A stretch of 64,000 nt of DNA from Methanobacteriota archaeon. Its GTDB lineage: Archaea > Thermoplasmatota > E2 > DHVEG-1. Position 1 is the first letter of the stretch. Every line of letters starts with the position of its first letter. Below are positions 19,094 through 29,900 of this stretch, piece after piece. The notes beneath the pieces were generated by a model. It was not told the origin of the DNA. It saw only the letters and a program-made list of their open reading frames with translations, and made no database searches. The DNA lies in assembly GCA_963769885.1 (NCBI GenBank), contig CAVYNH010000004.1:75904-139903 (forward strand), written 5' to 3'. A program made the position numbers and the translations under genes.

Positions 19094-20023
19094 TTATAAT
19101 GTCTCCCCAATCATCAATGAATTTTGGGCAACCGATTCATATACAATATGATAAAAGAAATCTTTAATACTCTTCGAGTTCAAAAAAATTATTGGAAGTT
19201 TCCTCACATAAGGAGGTTCATTCCATATATTATTATAGATTAAAATTTTATTACTTTGTCTAGTTTGCAAATAAGATGGCAAAGGATATTCATAGACTAA
19301 CCAAGGAACTGGAGTTAATTTGAAATTCTCCACGTTTCCTTCTGTTAGTGTTATTTCAGTTGGTTTAAATTCACTTACCATTAAATCTGCATTGGTTACT
19401 ACCACTGGAACAAACCAAAAATTATATTTTATGTCATCACGAAATTGACAGTTTTTCATATCGAGTTCATCGAGTAGTTCAGCAAAATTTGATTTTACCC
19501 CGAATAATGCATGAGATACTTCAGATGAGGCTTGATAAATCGATGTTGAATCATTCCTAATATTTTCTTTTTTCAGCATTTGACCTTTTTTATCGTTATC
19601 ATGTCTTAAAACAATTTGATCATAACAATAGGGTATTTTTATATTTGAAAAATGTTTAAAAAAATTATATTCATTCTCTATTTGCTGAGGTAATTCAATT
19701 GCCCAAGATTCAATTGGTGCATCCTTTGTTTTAAAGAATATCCATTTGTTTTTTGCCGAATATGATTTCTTGCACTCTAAAATTAATTTGACAGTTGCTC
19801 TATCACGATCTGGTAATCTTTTGGTTGCTACAATGTCAGCAGCTCTTGACGCTCCTTTTTCCGATGTATATCTTTGTAGAGAATAAGGTGATTCGAGGTC
19901 GCAAGACCAGTGTAATTCGGATAATTTTTCAGCAACCGCTTTTCTAAAGAAAATCCCTTCACGAGCAATCGCATTTTGGATTTCGATAAGGTTATTCAAA
20001 GGATTATTATTTTCATCATTCAT
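19094..20023 (-). CDS. Hypothetical protein, possible PD-(D/E)xK nuclease-like core
   Basis: 309-aa track ORF with GAGGT RBS upstream of ATG 20023; RAADIVATKR...VKLILECKKS fits a D...E-x-K pattern; weak, motif-level only. Confidence 0.4.
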   Translation of the reverse strand: MNDENNNPLNNLIEIQNAIAREGIFFRKAVAEKLSELHWSCDLESPYSLQRYTSEKGASRAADIVATKRLPDRDRATVKLILECKKSYSAKNKWIFFKTKDAPIESWAIELPQQIENEYNFFKHFSNIKIPYCYDQIVLRHDNDKKGQMLKKENIRNDSTSIYQASSEVSHALFGVKSNFAELLDELDMKNCQFRDDIKYNFWFVPVVVTNADLMVSEFKPTEITLTEGNVENFKLTPVPWLVYEYPLPSYLQTRQSNKILIYNNIWNEPPYVRKLPIIFLNSKSIKDFFYHIVYESVAQNSLMIGETL

Positions 20024-20909
20024 CCGGTTTTACCTCAAGAAATAGAATGGTCGGGTTGTTTTTGATGGTTTGGGTAGTTCCTTCGATAGACTTAAAAGAA
20101 AGGATGGTTAATAGGTAGTGAGGTGAGAAGATTTCTCCTGAACCAACAAATGCTGAAATAATAGCCAAGCTTGAAAGAATTGAATGGAAAGCAGGGCGTT
20201 CTTGGTTGATTGCCTGGGTCTTCGGAGGGTTTGCGCTCGTCGTCGCCGGATCCAGGTTCCTGAAAGACTATACAGCCTATTCATTCATGTGGGGTTATAC
20301 GCTCCTAATTACATGCCTTGGAGTTATCATCATGGCTGCTGCCTTTATTGGATGGATTTGGCATTACCGAAAAAAACCACAGGAACCACATTGCCCACTT
20401 ACAGAGAGATCGAACAAATTATAAAGAAGAATCCCTCTCTGAATTATAGAGGATTTTTGATGGATGAAAGTAAGGGGTTCAAATCCTGGGATGATTATTT
20501 TTCCTATTGGGAGAAGAAAGTTCAGGATCTTCGAAAGGAGATGTTGTCACCTGATGCTTGCGGTATGATTTTATCAACTTTCCACACCGGCTTTGGCGTG
20601 TTGACGGTGTTGTGTCATTGCTCTGAAGAAAAAATGACGGGTTATTATCTGAAGTATGACCGTTGAACAGCAAACTTGATGTTGCTTTATCCCTTGCCAG
20701 AACAAAATATATGGACGAACATCCTCCGCTTACGGAGAAATTTATTGAAGCCCTTGGGAATTTGATAAGACAAAGGACAATATCAAAAAAACCGTGACAA
20801 GGCTTGATCCGACTTGTTTCGTAGAATATGAATCTATGGATTAATATTTGGTGTTTCAGCGGGATGCCAATCGATATCAAAAGTAGGGAAGCAGCCCGGT
20901 GGATTCGTG

Positions 20910-21189
20910 GTGCTCGTACCCGCTCCAGAAGGCAACCGCGTGGGTAGCGTTTGCGGAACCCGGGGTGTGCCTCGAACATCCTCTTAGCGCTGTGGGATTT
21001 TAGCATGGTCTCAGCGGCTTGGATGGAGTACCGCTTGGGGACGTTGACCTGGAAGAGGATGTGGTCTTCGGCGAAGCCGAGTTCGCCGAAGCCAAACCCG
21101 TGGTGTTCCAGATCGTGGAACGCCTGGGTGCAGATGTCGATGTGGCTTTGTCTGCTGAAGCAGTGGTAGCGGTTTTTGGTCACAAACAT
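20910..21189 (-). pseudogene. Degenerate IS200-like TnpA (HuH Y1 transposase) remnant
   Basis: Inside track ORF 20479..21366(-): NRYHCFSRQ...GELGFAEDHILFQVNVPKRYSIQAAETMLKSHSAKRMFEAHPGFRKRY resembles TnpA (YHC...PDHVHLLVSIPPK...LKG.SAR.LF.EFP) but HVH is HIL and the Tyr region is lost; GC-rich. Confidence 0.35.
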
Positions 21190-21452
21190 CGTGGTCACCC
21201 AGTTGTTGCGGGTGTCACCCGCAATCTTTTTAGAGCTGCCGCTCGATACCATCTCCATAAATGTATTTTCTCCTGTCGCGCCTTTACAGGGGGCAGGCGG
21301 ACGCCTGCCCGCGCGCGACAAAAAACAGTATATCGAGTGTTTTGGGAAAAAGATGGCGTCTTTCATCAGCGAGTCTTCACTGCGGTTCAGACCGCATAGT
21401 ATTCCCAGTCCAGCAAAGAACCCAAAGAGATGGAACCAACAAAGAGAGCTGG

Positions 21453-21854
21453 TTATTTCCTTGGTTGATACTCGTGAGGTATGGTTACTGGTTTTGAATC
21501 GACCTTGTTTTCCCGGGCAAGCCAGCCCAATGCTGCGTAGACATCCCGCTCATCCATCTGGTGTAACGTGGAGACGTCGCAGACATCGATGGTCCCTCGT
21601 GTTTCCAGCTCTTTCCATATCTTCCCTGCATCGACCCCAATCTTTCCCGTGAGATTGGTATCCCCAAGCCTATAGATAGGACCTTCCTTGCAGATCTTGT
21701 TCTCTCGGGCAAGCCAGCCAACCGCGCTGTAAAACGCGTCATCATGCATCCGCGTGGTTTCCTTTAATTTCGTTTCAGTTTGTGGTCCAAACGTCTGAAG
21801 CGTCCTCCAGATCTCTCCAGCATTCTTTCCGAATTCTTCCATGACATTCGTCAT
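21453..21854 (-). CDS. Tandem winged-helix protein (DUF2582-like, two internal repeats), GC-rich copy
   Basis: Two repeats each containing NAGEIWRTL / DAGKIWKEL and (A/V)GWLARENK motifs; 133 aa. Confidence 0.6.
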   Translation of the reverse strand: MTNVMEEFGKNAGEIWRTLQTFGPQTETKLKETTRMHDDAFYSAVGWLARENKICKEGPIYRLGDTNLTGKIGVDAGKIWKELETRGTIDVCDVSTLHQMDERDVYAALGWLARENKVDSKPVTIPHEYQPRK

Positions 21855-21959
21855 ATATGTCCACCTTCAAAAATTACATATGTAACAGAAGTCTATATAA
21901 GACCTTTTTGTCTGTGAAAATCTGTAAGAGGATTGACTCAGGAGAATAATCTGGAGTTG

Positions 21960-22382
21960 CTATTTCAATTTTATTTGGTATTTTTTTGGTATTGTTTTCG
22001 TTGTTTCTATTTTATCTTCTCGAGCGAGCCATCCTAATGCGCAGTAGACATCTTTTTCATCTATCTGGAGATGATTCATAATGTTGTGCATGTCAACCTT
22101 TCCGTGCATCTCCATTATTTTCCATACCTTTCCTGCATCGGCTCCGATTTTATCGGTTAAATTTGTTTCTCCAAGTTTGTATATAGGTCCATCTTTGCAA
22201 ATTTTATTTTCTCGTGCCAGCCATCCAATTGCCACATAGAATTCATTATCATGGAATCGTGTGGTTTCTTTGAGTCTTGTTTCAGTTAACGGTCCGTAGG
22301 TATTCAGCGTCTTCCATACCTCTCCAGCATTCTTTCCGAATTCTTCCATGACATTCGTCATCAAGTGTCCACCTTCGTGCAT
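21960..22382 (-). CDS. Tandem winged-helix protein (DUF2582-like), AT-rich paralog of 21453..21854
   Basis: About 75% identical to the upstream copy at protein level (MTNVMEEFGKNAGEVWKTL...IGWLARENKICKDGPIYKLG) but much lower GC; true start probably the internal MTNVMEEF. Confidence 0.6.
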   Translation of the reverse strand: MHEGGHLMTNVMEEFGKNAGEVWKTLNTYGPLTETRLKETTRFHDNEFYVAIGWLARENKICKDGPIYKLGETNLTDKIGADAGKVWKIMEMHGKVDMHNIMNHLQIDEKDVYCALGWLAREDKIETTKTIPKKYQIKLK

Positions 22383-22437
22383 GGATACGTAATAGAGATA
22401 CCTATAAAGGTTTTTTCGAGAGAAAGAAAAGAATGGA

Positions 22438-22968
22438 TTAGAGTAATTTCTTCTTCTGCTTGATTCCAGGGTTGAGGAACTCGCTTCGCTTTATCGGAAG
22501 GACCACGTCCAACATAGTTACAGAAGCGATATTCCCCGCATAGGTGGTAAGGAACAGTTCTTGGAATTGCTTCGCCTTAGCCACATCAGGGGCGGTGAAC
22601 ACAAAGACCTGATCAATCGTTCCACCACCAACCCAGAAGTCATCCTCCACAACGACATCAACCCCCTCGCCGGCCTTATCAATGGTCCTTTTCACAAGGA
22701 TATCCTCAAAATCGTTCTCAACTGGCATGTGCCTCCATTGCACGAGCGGCACGTAGCTTTTCCTGTTGATTTTCTCCATGTCAGCCACGGCATGGTATCC
22801 CCACGTCAACTGGTCTGCATCAATATTTTTCACAATACGCCATACTTTCTGTCGGGAGAAGCCGCAATGCTTCGCGATAATATCCAAGCGTTCGTTACTG
22901 TTTTTCTGAAGTTCTGCAAGCACTTTTACCCGATCATCCTTCATTTGTTTCTTACTGACCTTCGTCAT
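22438..22968 (-). CDS. Lrp/AsnC-like HTH transcriptional regulator-like protein (paralog of 54656..55222)
   Basis: DRVKVLAELQKNSNERLDIIAKHCGFSRQKVWRIVKNI HTH segment; 176 aa; ~60% identity with the 54656..55222 protein. Confidence 0.45.
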   Translation of the reverse strand: MTKVSKKQMKDDRVKVLAELQKNSNERLDIIAKHCGFSRQKVWRIVKNIDADQLTWGYHAVADMEKINRKSYVPLVQWRHMPVENDFEDILVKRTIDKAGEGVDVVVEDDFWVGGGTIDQVFVFTAPDVAKAKQFQELFLTTYAGNIASVTMLDVVLPIKRSEFLNPGIKQKKKLL

Positions 22969-23070
22969 CCAAACAATCTCCCTGCATCCGTTTTTTCGTA
23001 AGCGATATCTAAGAAAGGTATTTTATTTTTTTCTACAAAAAGAAATTTCTATTCATTGAATTGAATGAAA

Positions 23071-23180
23071 TGAAATAGAGGCTTTTCGTCTATGACCCCG
23101 TTCCGCCTTCGTTCCTTTCATCTGCGGATCTGAACCGCAGTAAAAATCGCGCAGTATTCCCGGCCGCTATTGATAAGATC
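23071..23180 (+). repeat. Intact copy of the ~110-bp intergenic repeat family
   Basis: tgaaatagaggcttttcgtctatgaccccgttccgccttcgttcctttcatctgcggatctgaaccgcagtaaaaatcgcgcagtattcccggccgctattgataagatc; internal hairpin ctgcgg/ccgcag. Confidence 0.65.
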
Positions 23181-23236
23181 AGGCTTTGCACATAAAATAT
23201 TTTTCTCCTTCTAATGATAAATAAAAAATACTTAAA

Positions 23237-23656
23237 TTATTCATCCCATCGAGGTTTCACCCATGAATCAATAAATCGCTTCGTAAGGTCTGGTCTTGCA
23301 TGTGCTAGATCAGTAAGAGTAACCATTCCGACAAGAGTACCATTAGATATGACTGGGAGTTTTTTAATTTTATATTTTTCCATCAACTCCAATGCCTTCT
23401 CTATTGTTTCCAATGATTGAATTGTTTTAACATCAGAAGACATAATTTCACTGACTTTGGTTTTTTTAGGGTCTCTGCCAGGGCAAACAATTTTTTGAAT
23501 GATGTCACGTTCCGTTATGATACCTACACAAGATTCTTTCTCAGTTACAATTAAACAACCAACTTTATTATCACGATATATACGACATGCATCAGTAACT
23601 GTATCATCAGGAGTTACAGTGATTATTTTTTTAATCATTATTTCGTTGACCAGCAT
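23237..23656 (-). CDS. CBS-domain pair protein
   Basis: Two CBS-like repeats (IITVTPDDTVTDA...VGCLIVTE; IQSLETIEKALELMEKYKIKKLPVISNGTLVGMVTLTDL). Confidence 0.7.
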   Translation of the reverse strand: MLVNEIMIKKIITVTPDDTVTDACRIYRDNKVGCLIVTEKESCVGIITERDIIQKIVCPGRDPKKTKVSEIMSSDVKTIQSLETIEKALELMEKYKIKKLPVISNGTLVGMVTLTDLAHARPDLTKRFIDSWVKPRWDE

Positions 23657-23683
23657 ATATTTTTTATCTCCTCTTTTATCTCA

Positions 23684-24052
23684 TCAATATTTTTTTAAGA
23701 TACGATCAACGCTAGCTTTCAATTCCATGACGTCGAAGGGTTTGACGATGTACTCCTCGGAGGCCATGCGGCCCATGCCAACGCTAAAATCGTCGCCTTT
23801 TGCCGTGAGGAAAACGATAGGGATGCTGCTCAATTCTTCGTGCTGCTTGATGTGAGCGGCGACGTCCCAGCCGCTCATCCCTGGCATCATGATATCTAAG
23901 ATAATAAGGTCGGGTCGTTCACGTTCCAATTTCCACAGGCAGACCATTCCGCTCTCAGCAGAGACGACATCATAGCCGCTGGCCTTGAGTATCTGTCCGA
24001 CCGTCAGTCGGATGTCCGTCTCGTCATCAACCACCATGATTTTCTTACGCAT
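23684..24052 (-). CDS. Response-regulator receiver (CheY-like REC) domain protein
   Basis: MRKKIMVVDDETDIRL, LIILDIMMPGMSG (phospho-acceptor Asp region), FLTAKG, YIVKPF; start taken at internal ATG (track ORF begins 2 codons upstream at TTG). Confidence 0.75.
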   Translation of the reverse strand: MRKKIMVVDDETDIRLTVGQILKASGYDVVSAESGMVCLWKLERERPDLIILDIMMPGMSGWDVAAHIKQHEELSSIPIVFLTAKGDDFSVGMGRMASEEYIVKPFDVMELKASVDRILKKY

Positions 24053-24597
24053 GATCAAGCGCCCCGTTTGAAGATTGATATACGCTTTTTTTCAGACATA
24101 TTTATCCCATCATCCATATTTTCCCAAAATCCCTTATCATACTTATTATTGCAATCCTGTATTCTAAATATTTTTTTGAAAAACTTTTTTCTGTTTTTTC
24201 AAGCTGAAAATCAATTTTATGAGTATCAAGAATGCCGTCTGATTCCTGCTCCTTCATCATCCCTCAGATATGGTATATGCATCAATGAGAATTTAAAATG
24301 ATTCCATGCCTTTTTCCAGCAAAATTCAAAAAAAATTCGTATATTCCATTGTCTTGAAGAATTTTTTCGCTTTTTTATCAAGCTGTTGTCAGGAAGTTCG
24401 ATATTATTCTATGGTAATTTATTTACTTAATAAAAATCAAGTGAAAAATTCTAGTTCTTATAGAATCCTCCTGCTTTTTCCAGAAGGTGCCACCATCCTT
24501 AATATTAGTAATAATCCGAGAAAAACAGAATATAATTAACAATTGAATCCAAAAGTATAATAATAAAATTTGTATTACCTAATCAGGAGGGAGACAT

Positions 24598-26580
24598 ATG
24601 AAAAAAAGACGCTTTAGTGTAGTAATAATATTGATGCTGGTCCTGTCAACGACGACCCTAATTTACTTAAACAACCCAATAACGAAAGCAGGCACACAAA
24701 ATTGGTTTCCACTGATTCCGGATGGGTTTGGAAAGGCTTCAAACGTGGCGACACGAGGCATGGCTATCTTCAAAGGTGATCTCTACGTCGGCACTCAAAA
24801 CAATAATCCTATCCTCCATAATCTAGAACTCGGTGGTTTCCCTGCAAGCACACTCATCTTGATGGCGGATGGCTCTTCCAAAACTGTTGAACAAATCAGG
24901 GTTGGGGACATGGTGAAAGCCTATGATTTCGATAGTAACGTCTTCACCAGAGCCAGGGTAACTTCATTAATGCAGACCTCTCTTCAAGATATATCCAGCC
25001 TCATCGTAATCAACAACAAAGTCACTGCAAGCCCGTATCAACTCTTTTCTGTCGGCGATACCTTGAATATCGCTGAGAATCTCAGAATCGGTGACCGTCT
25101 AGTAGATAGCCATGGATTAGCCGCCCCGATAACCTCAACATCTCAAATCACCAACCTCGGAAAAGTATATAGTTTCACTATGACGGTGAATATATCACAA
25201 CTCGGCAGCCTTGCATTCTATGCTAACAATATCCAGGTGTATCCCTGGGTTCCGAATCAGCCTGCACAACCGTATGGACTGCAGGGTGGGCAAGAGGGAC
25301 GAGATGGGGAATGCATCGACTCACTGTTCCCATTACTCAAAGGATTGGGGAACTGGACTGCGACAAAGATATGCAATGTAGGAATTGATCTTATCGCAGC
25401 GTCTAGTGACGGTGGTGAACTATGGAAATATAATGCAACCCAACAACACCCCTGGACGCCAATCATCGGGAACACCAGCAGGATACACTCTGGGTTCAAC
25501 CACACTACGAACTGGGTGATAACCGCTCCAACGGTGTTTACGAACAATACTAACATGACTCACCTTTACGTTGGTACATGGCGATCAAGAATCCCCCTCG
25601 ACCAACCGTTAGTTGGCGGCTGTCAGATATGGCGATTCGATGGGACGACATGGCAAGAAGTCGTCTTCGCTGGATTCGGCGATGCCTACAATGTCGGTGT
25701 CATGACCATGGCGGTCTTCAATAACACCCTCTACGCGGGTACGTTGAACTTCAACTGGATGTCGAACGGATTCACGCAAATCTGGCGGACTGTGGATGGT
25801 GTGAATTGGAATAAGGTCGTCGATCGAGGATTCCGAGATGTGCAGCCGGTAGGGGGCTTCAAGAATGCATATACTTGGAGTATGGGCGTGTTCCAAAACC
25901 AGCTCTACGCTGGGACATTCAATATCCCCGTCGGTGATAATAGTACGCAGGGCTGCCAGCTCTATCGAACCTCTACTGGTAATCCGAGTGATTGGACCCT
26001 AGTACCCATCAATGGTTCAGCGTATGGCATCGGAGAACAAACGATATTCTATGGCATTCGGAACTTAATAAATTATAACAACCAATATTTCTACGTTGGC
26101 GTCACCGCCAGTTTCTTGCAACGGAAACTGCAAAACCATCCCGATCCCAAGGGGCTTGAGATCTGGAGGTACGCAGGAGGAACCAGTTGGACTTGTATGG
26201 CGGGGGACAAGGCGACGAACAACCCTAACTCCACTAGCTACTGTGGTTTCGGCAATTACTATAATAAATACCCCTGGTCGATGGCTCTGTGTGGTGGCAA
26301 GCTCTGGGTAGGGACCGCAAATACACAAGAACTAGCGAATTGGTCTTCGATTACCCAAGGAGGCGAAGTCTGGCGGCTAGATAATACAACATGGACGCAG
26401 GTTGTAGGAAACCGATCAGGCGCTGAAATGCCGAGCGGGTTTGATGAATTGTTAAATTGGGCCATGCGGTCGATGATTGAGTACCCCAAGGACAGCGGAC
26501 AGCTCATCGTGGGAACCTACAGTGATCAGACCTACACGAATCCTCCGGAAGCCTGCGAGATCTGGATCCGGTATCCATAA
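24598..26580 (+). CDS. Secreted repeat (beta-propeller-like) protein with an embedded Hint-like domain lacking catalytic residues
   Basis: AGGAGGGAG RBS; N-terminal hydrophobic signal; residues ~78-220 GGFPASTLILMADGSSKTVEQIRVGDMVKAYD...KVYSFTMTVNISQLGSLAFYANNIQVYPW follow Hint block order; remainder has repeated LY(V/A)GT...C(Q/E)IWR..G..W units. Confidence 0.6.
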   Translation: MKKRRFSVVIILMLVLSTTTLIYLNNPITKAGTQNWFPLIPDGFGKASNVATRGMAIFKGDLYVGTQNNNPILHNLELGGFPASTLILMADGSSKTVEQIRVGDMVKAYDFDSNVFTRARVTSLMQTSLQDISSLIVINNKVTASPYQLFSVGDTLNIAENLRIGDRLVDSHGLAAPITSTSQITNLGKVYSFTMTVNISQLGSLAFYANNIQVYPWVPNQPAQPYGLQGGQEGRDGECIDSLFPLLKGLGNWTATKICNVGIDLIAASSDGGELWKYNATQQHPWTPIIGNTSRIHSGFNHTTNWVITAPTVFTNNTNMTHLYVGTWRSRIPLDQPLVGGCQIWRFDGTTWQEVVFAGFGDAYNVGVMTMAVFNNTLYAGTLNFNWMSNGFTQIWRTVDGVNWNKVVDRGFRDVQPVGGFKNAYTWSMGVFQNQLYAGTFNIPVGDNSTQGCQLYRTSTGNPSDWTLVPINGSAYGIGEQTIFYGIRNLINYNNQYFYVGVTASFLQRKLQNHPDPKGLEIWRYAGGTSWTCMAGDKATNNPNSTSYCGFGNYYNKYPWSMALCGGKLWVGTANTQELANWSSITQGGEVWRLDNTTWTQVVGNRSGAEMPSGFDELLNWAMRSMIEYPKDSGQLIVGTYSDQTYTNPPEACEIWIRYP

Positions 26581-26963
26581 AGAAACAGAAGGAAATGGCT
26601 GGCCTTTGCGTGATGGTGCCGGCCATTTTTCTCCTCTTTTCTTCGATGGCATGTTACGCAATCGACGCATTAGCTTGTTCTGCAAGTTAAAATTATAGTT
26701 GATATTGGACCTGTGAGGGTTCCGTTTATAGGGAGGGGGGTTCTCCCCGATGTGTCGGGGGAATTCTTTGTATTGGAATCGAAGATTAAAGGTCTGAATG
26801 AGCAAAGAGGTTACGAATTTCACTCAATTCTCTCTGTCTCTTCTCAGTCAGAATATATCGCAATATCGGGAAAAAGGTGATCCGGCGGACTTCATGAATG
26901 GATAATGCAAGACTTCAAATTAGAGAAAAAAGAGAGATAGAATCAGGGGAGGATCCCCTGATT

Positions 26964-29900
26964 CTACAGGCCGCTGACGCTGAACACAAACGCGGAGACG
27001 AGATGATGCTGGTCGCTGTCGATGAGGACGTTCCCCTGCTGGTCGCAGAATGCCGCATAGACCCGATATTGCCCATTCCCATGTCTGAGGTCATCGGTTT
27101 TCACAAGGCCATGGAAGATGCTGTCAAGGGCCAACAGCCCGCCGCTTTGAATGAGCCGCGGGGTTTGCTCGTCAACCGCCTTCGTATCCAGCATCCATTG
27201 TCCAGTCCGCGGGTCCTGGAACTCCACCTGGATCAGGAGGTAGCCCCGGATGTCCGTGATCCCAGTGTTCTTGATCTTCGACTGGTTCCGGCACTGCACG
27301 ACCAACCGAGGCTGGCATCCAATCCCCTGGAACTCATAGGAGGAGATAGCGACGTATTCATTCCCGGTCGGCGTGGTCCCGCTGATGTCCCTGCTGCTAC
27401 GTAGGCAGAGTTTTGTCACTCCGATCCGATTGATCCAGCCGAGCCCCTGGCTGTTGAGGGAGAGATCGTTGAACCCGTTGACGAAGTTATTAGTGTTGAA
27501 CTGCCCGCCGTTCCCTGAATACAGGCTCTTGTCGTAATCCGTGACGATGAGAGGATTATGGGGATAGGTCGGCTGTCCGTTCTGGACCGTGATCAGGAAG
27601 TCTGTCGTCGAGTAGTCACCCATTTTATAGAGGCCTAGTGTGGCGGCGTCGATGATGGCGTTCGACGGGATTCGTGTCGTGTCGAAGAAGAGGAATCCTC
27701 GGTAAAGGGAGTATGGTCCGAACGGTGGATTGAATTTTTGCCCGATGAGGATGGAGGCGCCAGTGTTGTCGACGGTGCCTCGGGTGCTTGTCCACGCGGT
27801 GTTGTAATTCGTGTTCGAGTTGTAGATATAGCCATCCGTTGCTTGGGAGTAGAGCGTGATGCTGGGATCGACCTCGGGGAATGCGTCGGTCAGTTCAATG
27901 ACCTCTCCTTTGGTGTACGAGGTTTTGAGCGTACCGACGCTAAGGGTCGCATGGGCGGCGATGTCGAAGTAGAATCCGGTCGCGGTTTGCTCGTTGCCGA
28001 GGTTATCGACGGCCCTGACGCTCACGGGATATCGCCCGGTGAGCCAGGTGTCGTTGAAGTAGCACTCGTATCTGTTCGGGACGCCAGTGACGAGGGTCAT
28101 TGGGATCTGTGTTTCTTTCATTTGTTGGGATTGGTTCGGTAACTGGATTGCTGCTGTTGCTGCCTTCACGCCGCTGATGTTATCCATGATGGTGGCTTGG
28201 ATGTGGATTTGTGAGCCGAAGCCACTCAGTGAGGGCGTGACCAAGACTGACGTGATGTACGGTCCGTCGGCGTCGAACGTGGCATGGTGGGTCTCGGTGG
28301 AGCTTTGATTGCCCTGGATGTCGATGGCGTGGGCGGAGAAGGTGTAGGTGCCGGAGAGTCCGGTGAAGGTGTGGGCGAGCTTGTGGACGCTGTTGTTGTA
28401 GGAGGCTTGGATTTCTTCCCAGCTTAATGCCCTGGCGTAGAGCTGCGGCTCGTCGAGGAGGCCGCGGAAATGGTGGTACTCCGCCGTGTTCTCTTCTGAG
28501 AGGCAGGTCTCCTGGTTGTTTGTGATGTCGCGGACGGTGCCGGTGGTGCTCTGGTCGAATTCGCCGTCGACGTAGAGTCGAAGCTCGGTGCCCTGCCGGA
28601 CGTAGGCGATGTGATGCCATGCCTCGGCGGTGATGGGGATGGTTCCGGTGAGGCTGGTGGTTTGGCCTGGGAGTGATCCTTGCGAGGTGAAGATGCGTGC
28701 GTATGAATTGGAGATGCCGCAGTAGTATCCCTGGCCGGTGGCTTCAGGCTGGTTGCTCAGGATGATGCGGATGCTTGGGGGCTCGAAGGAGACGGGGACG
28801 TTCACCCACGTCATGAAGGTGAAGTCGCCTGTTCCTAAGTTCAGGCTAGGGTCTTTTCCGCAGTGGACCGCATCGTCGATGCCGTCAAAGTCTAATGCCT
28901 TTCCGAATTTCCCGGTGACAATATCGGATGGCCCAAGGCCTCCCCAGAAGACCCCGTTGTTGTGATACGTCGAGTCGTCAATCACACTGGTATCGTTGTA
29001 GTCGTCCATGGGCCAGTAGCCGCGGAGGGTTCTGTTCCAGTCGATGAACGCCGCTGTCTGGAGGCCGTCCTCGACGGTGGCGTTCACTTGTGCCCAGCTC
29101 TGGTTGATCATCGCGTTATCTGGCGGTGTGGGCGGGACAAAGTAGATGATGGGGGTGGGCGTGACCGTGAAGTTGAACTCGTTTGAGTAGTTGGTGTTGT
29201 TCGCGTTGTCGACGGCCCATACCCGGCCTCTGTATTCGCCGCTCTGCTGGGTGTCGGAGAAGGTGAGGAAGTAGCTGTCGTTGATGATGTGGGTCATGGG
29301 GTATTCAGCCGTCGAGTTGTCGGGGGCGGTGATGTTGACCCAGGCGGTGTTGATGCCGCTGTCGTTGTCGGCGATCACTGCCGCTATTGAGGCGTTCATG
29401 CCGACGCCGACGACTTCCGGCGTGACGTCGAGGTACGTGATCTTCGGCGGGGTCATCTCGAAGGTGATGTTGAGCTGTTTTGTTATGGAGTGGAGTTGGT
29501 GTGTATCATCGGTCACGGTCAGCGTGACGTTGTATTGGCCTACGTTTTCATAGAAGTGGGTCACGTTTCGACCATTGGTGATGTTTCCATCCCCGAAATT
29601 CCACGTCCAATCGGTGATATGGAGGCCGTCGCAGGCGGCCGAGGTGTCATTGAAGACGATGGGGTAATCCGGGTTAACGTAGGGGTAGTTCGGGACGCTG
29701 AGGTTGTAGCTAACGTTGAGCGGCATGACCGAGACGTTGACTGAAATCTCCTCTATGTAGTTATTCGCATCCGAGACCCTGAGACGAACGACGTTGTCGT
29801 CTCCGGCTCTTTCGAAGTGATGGACCAGGGTCTGTTCATGGTGGGGGATCAGCTCGTTGTTTATGGTCCACTCATAGTCGACGGGGGCAATCGCGCCGGC

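Noticed and set aside
20184-20666. 160-aa plus-strand ORF and overlapping 72-aa membrane-like ORF
   Set aside because: They overlap each other and the 3' extension of the minus-strand TnpA-remnant ORF in a compositionally heterogeneous junction; no RBS or motif supports either, so they were left unannotated.
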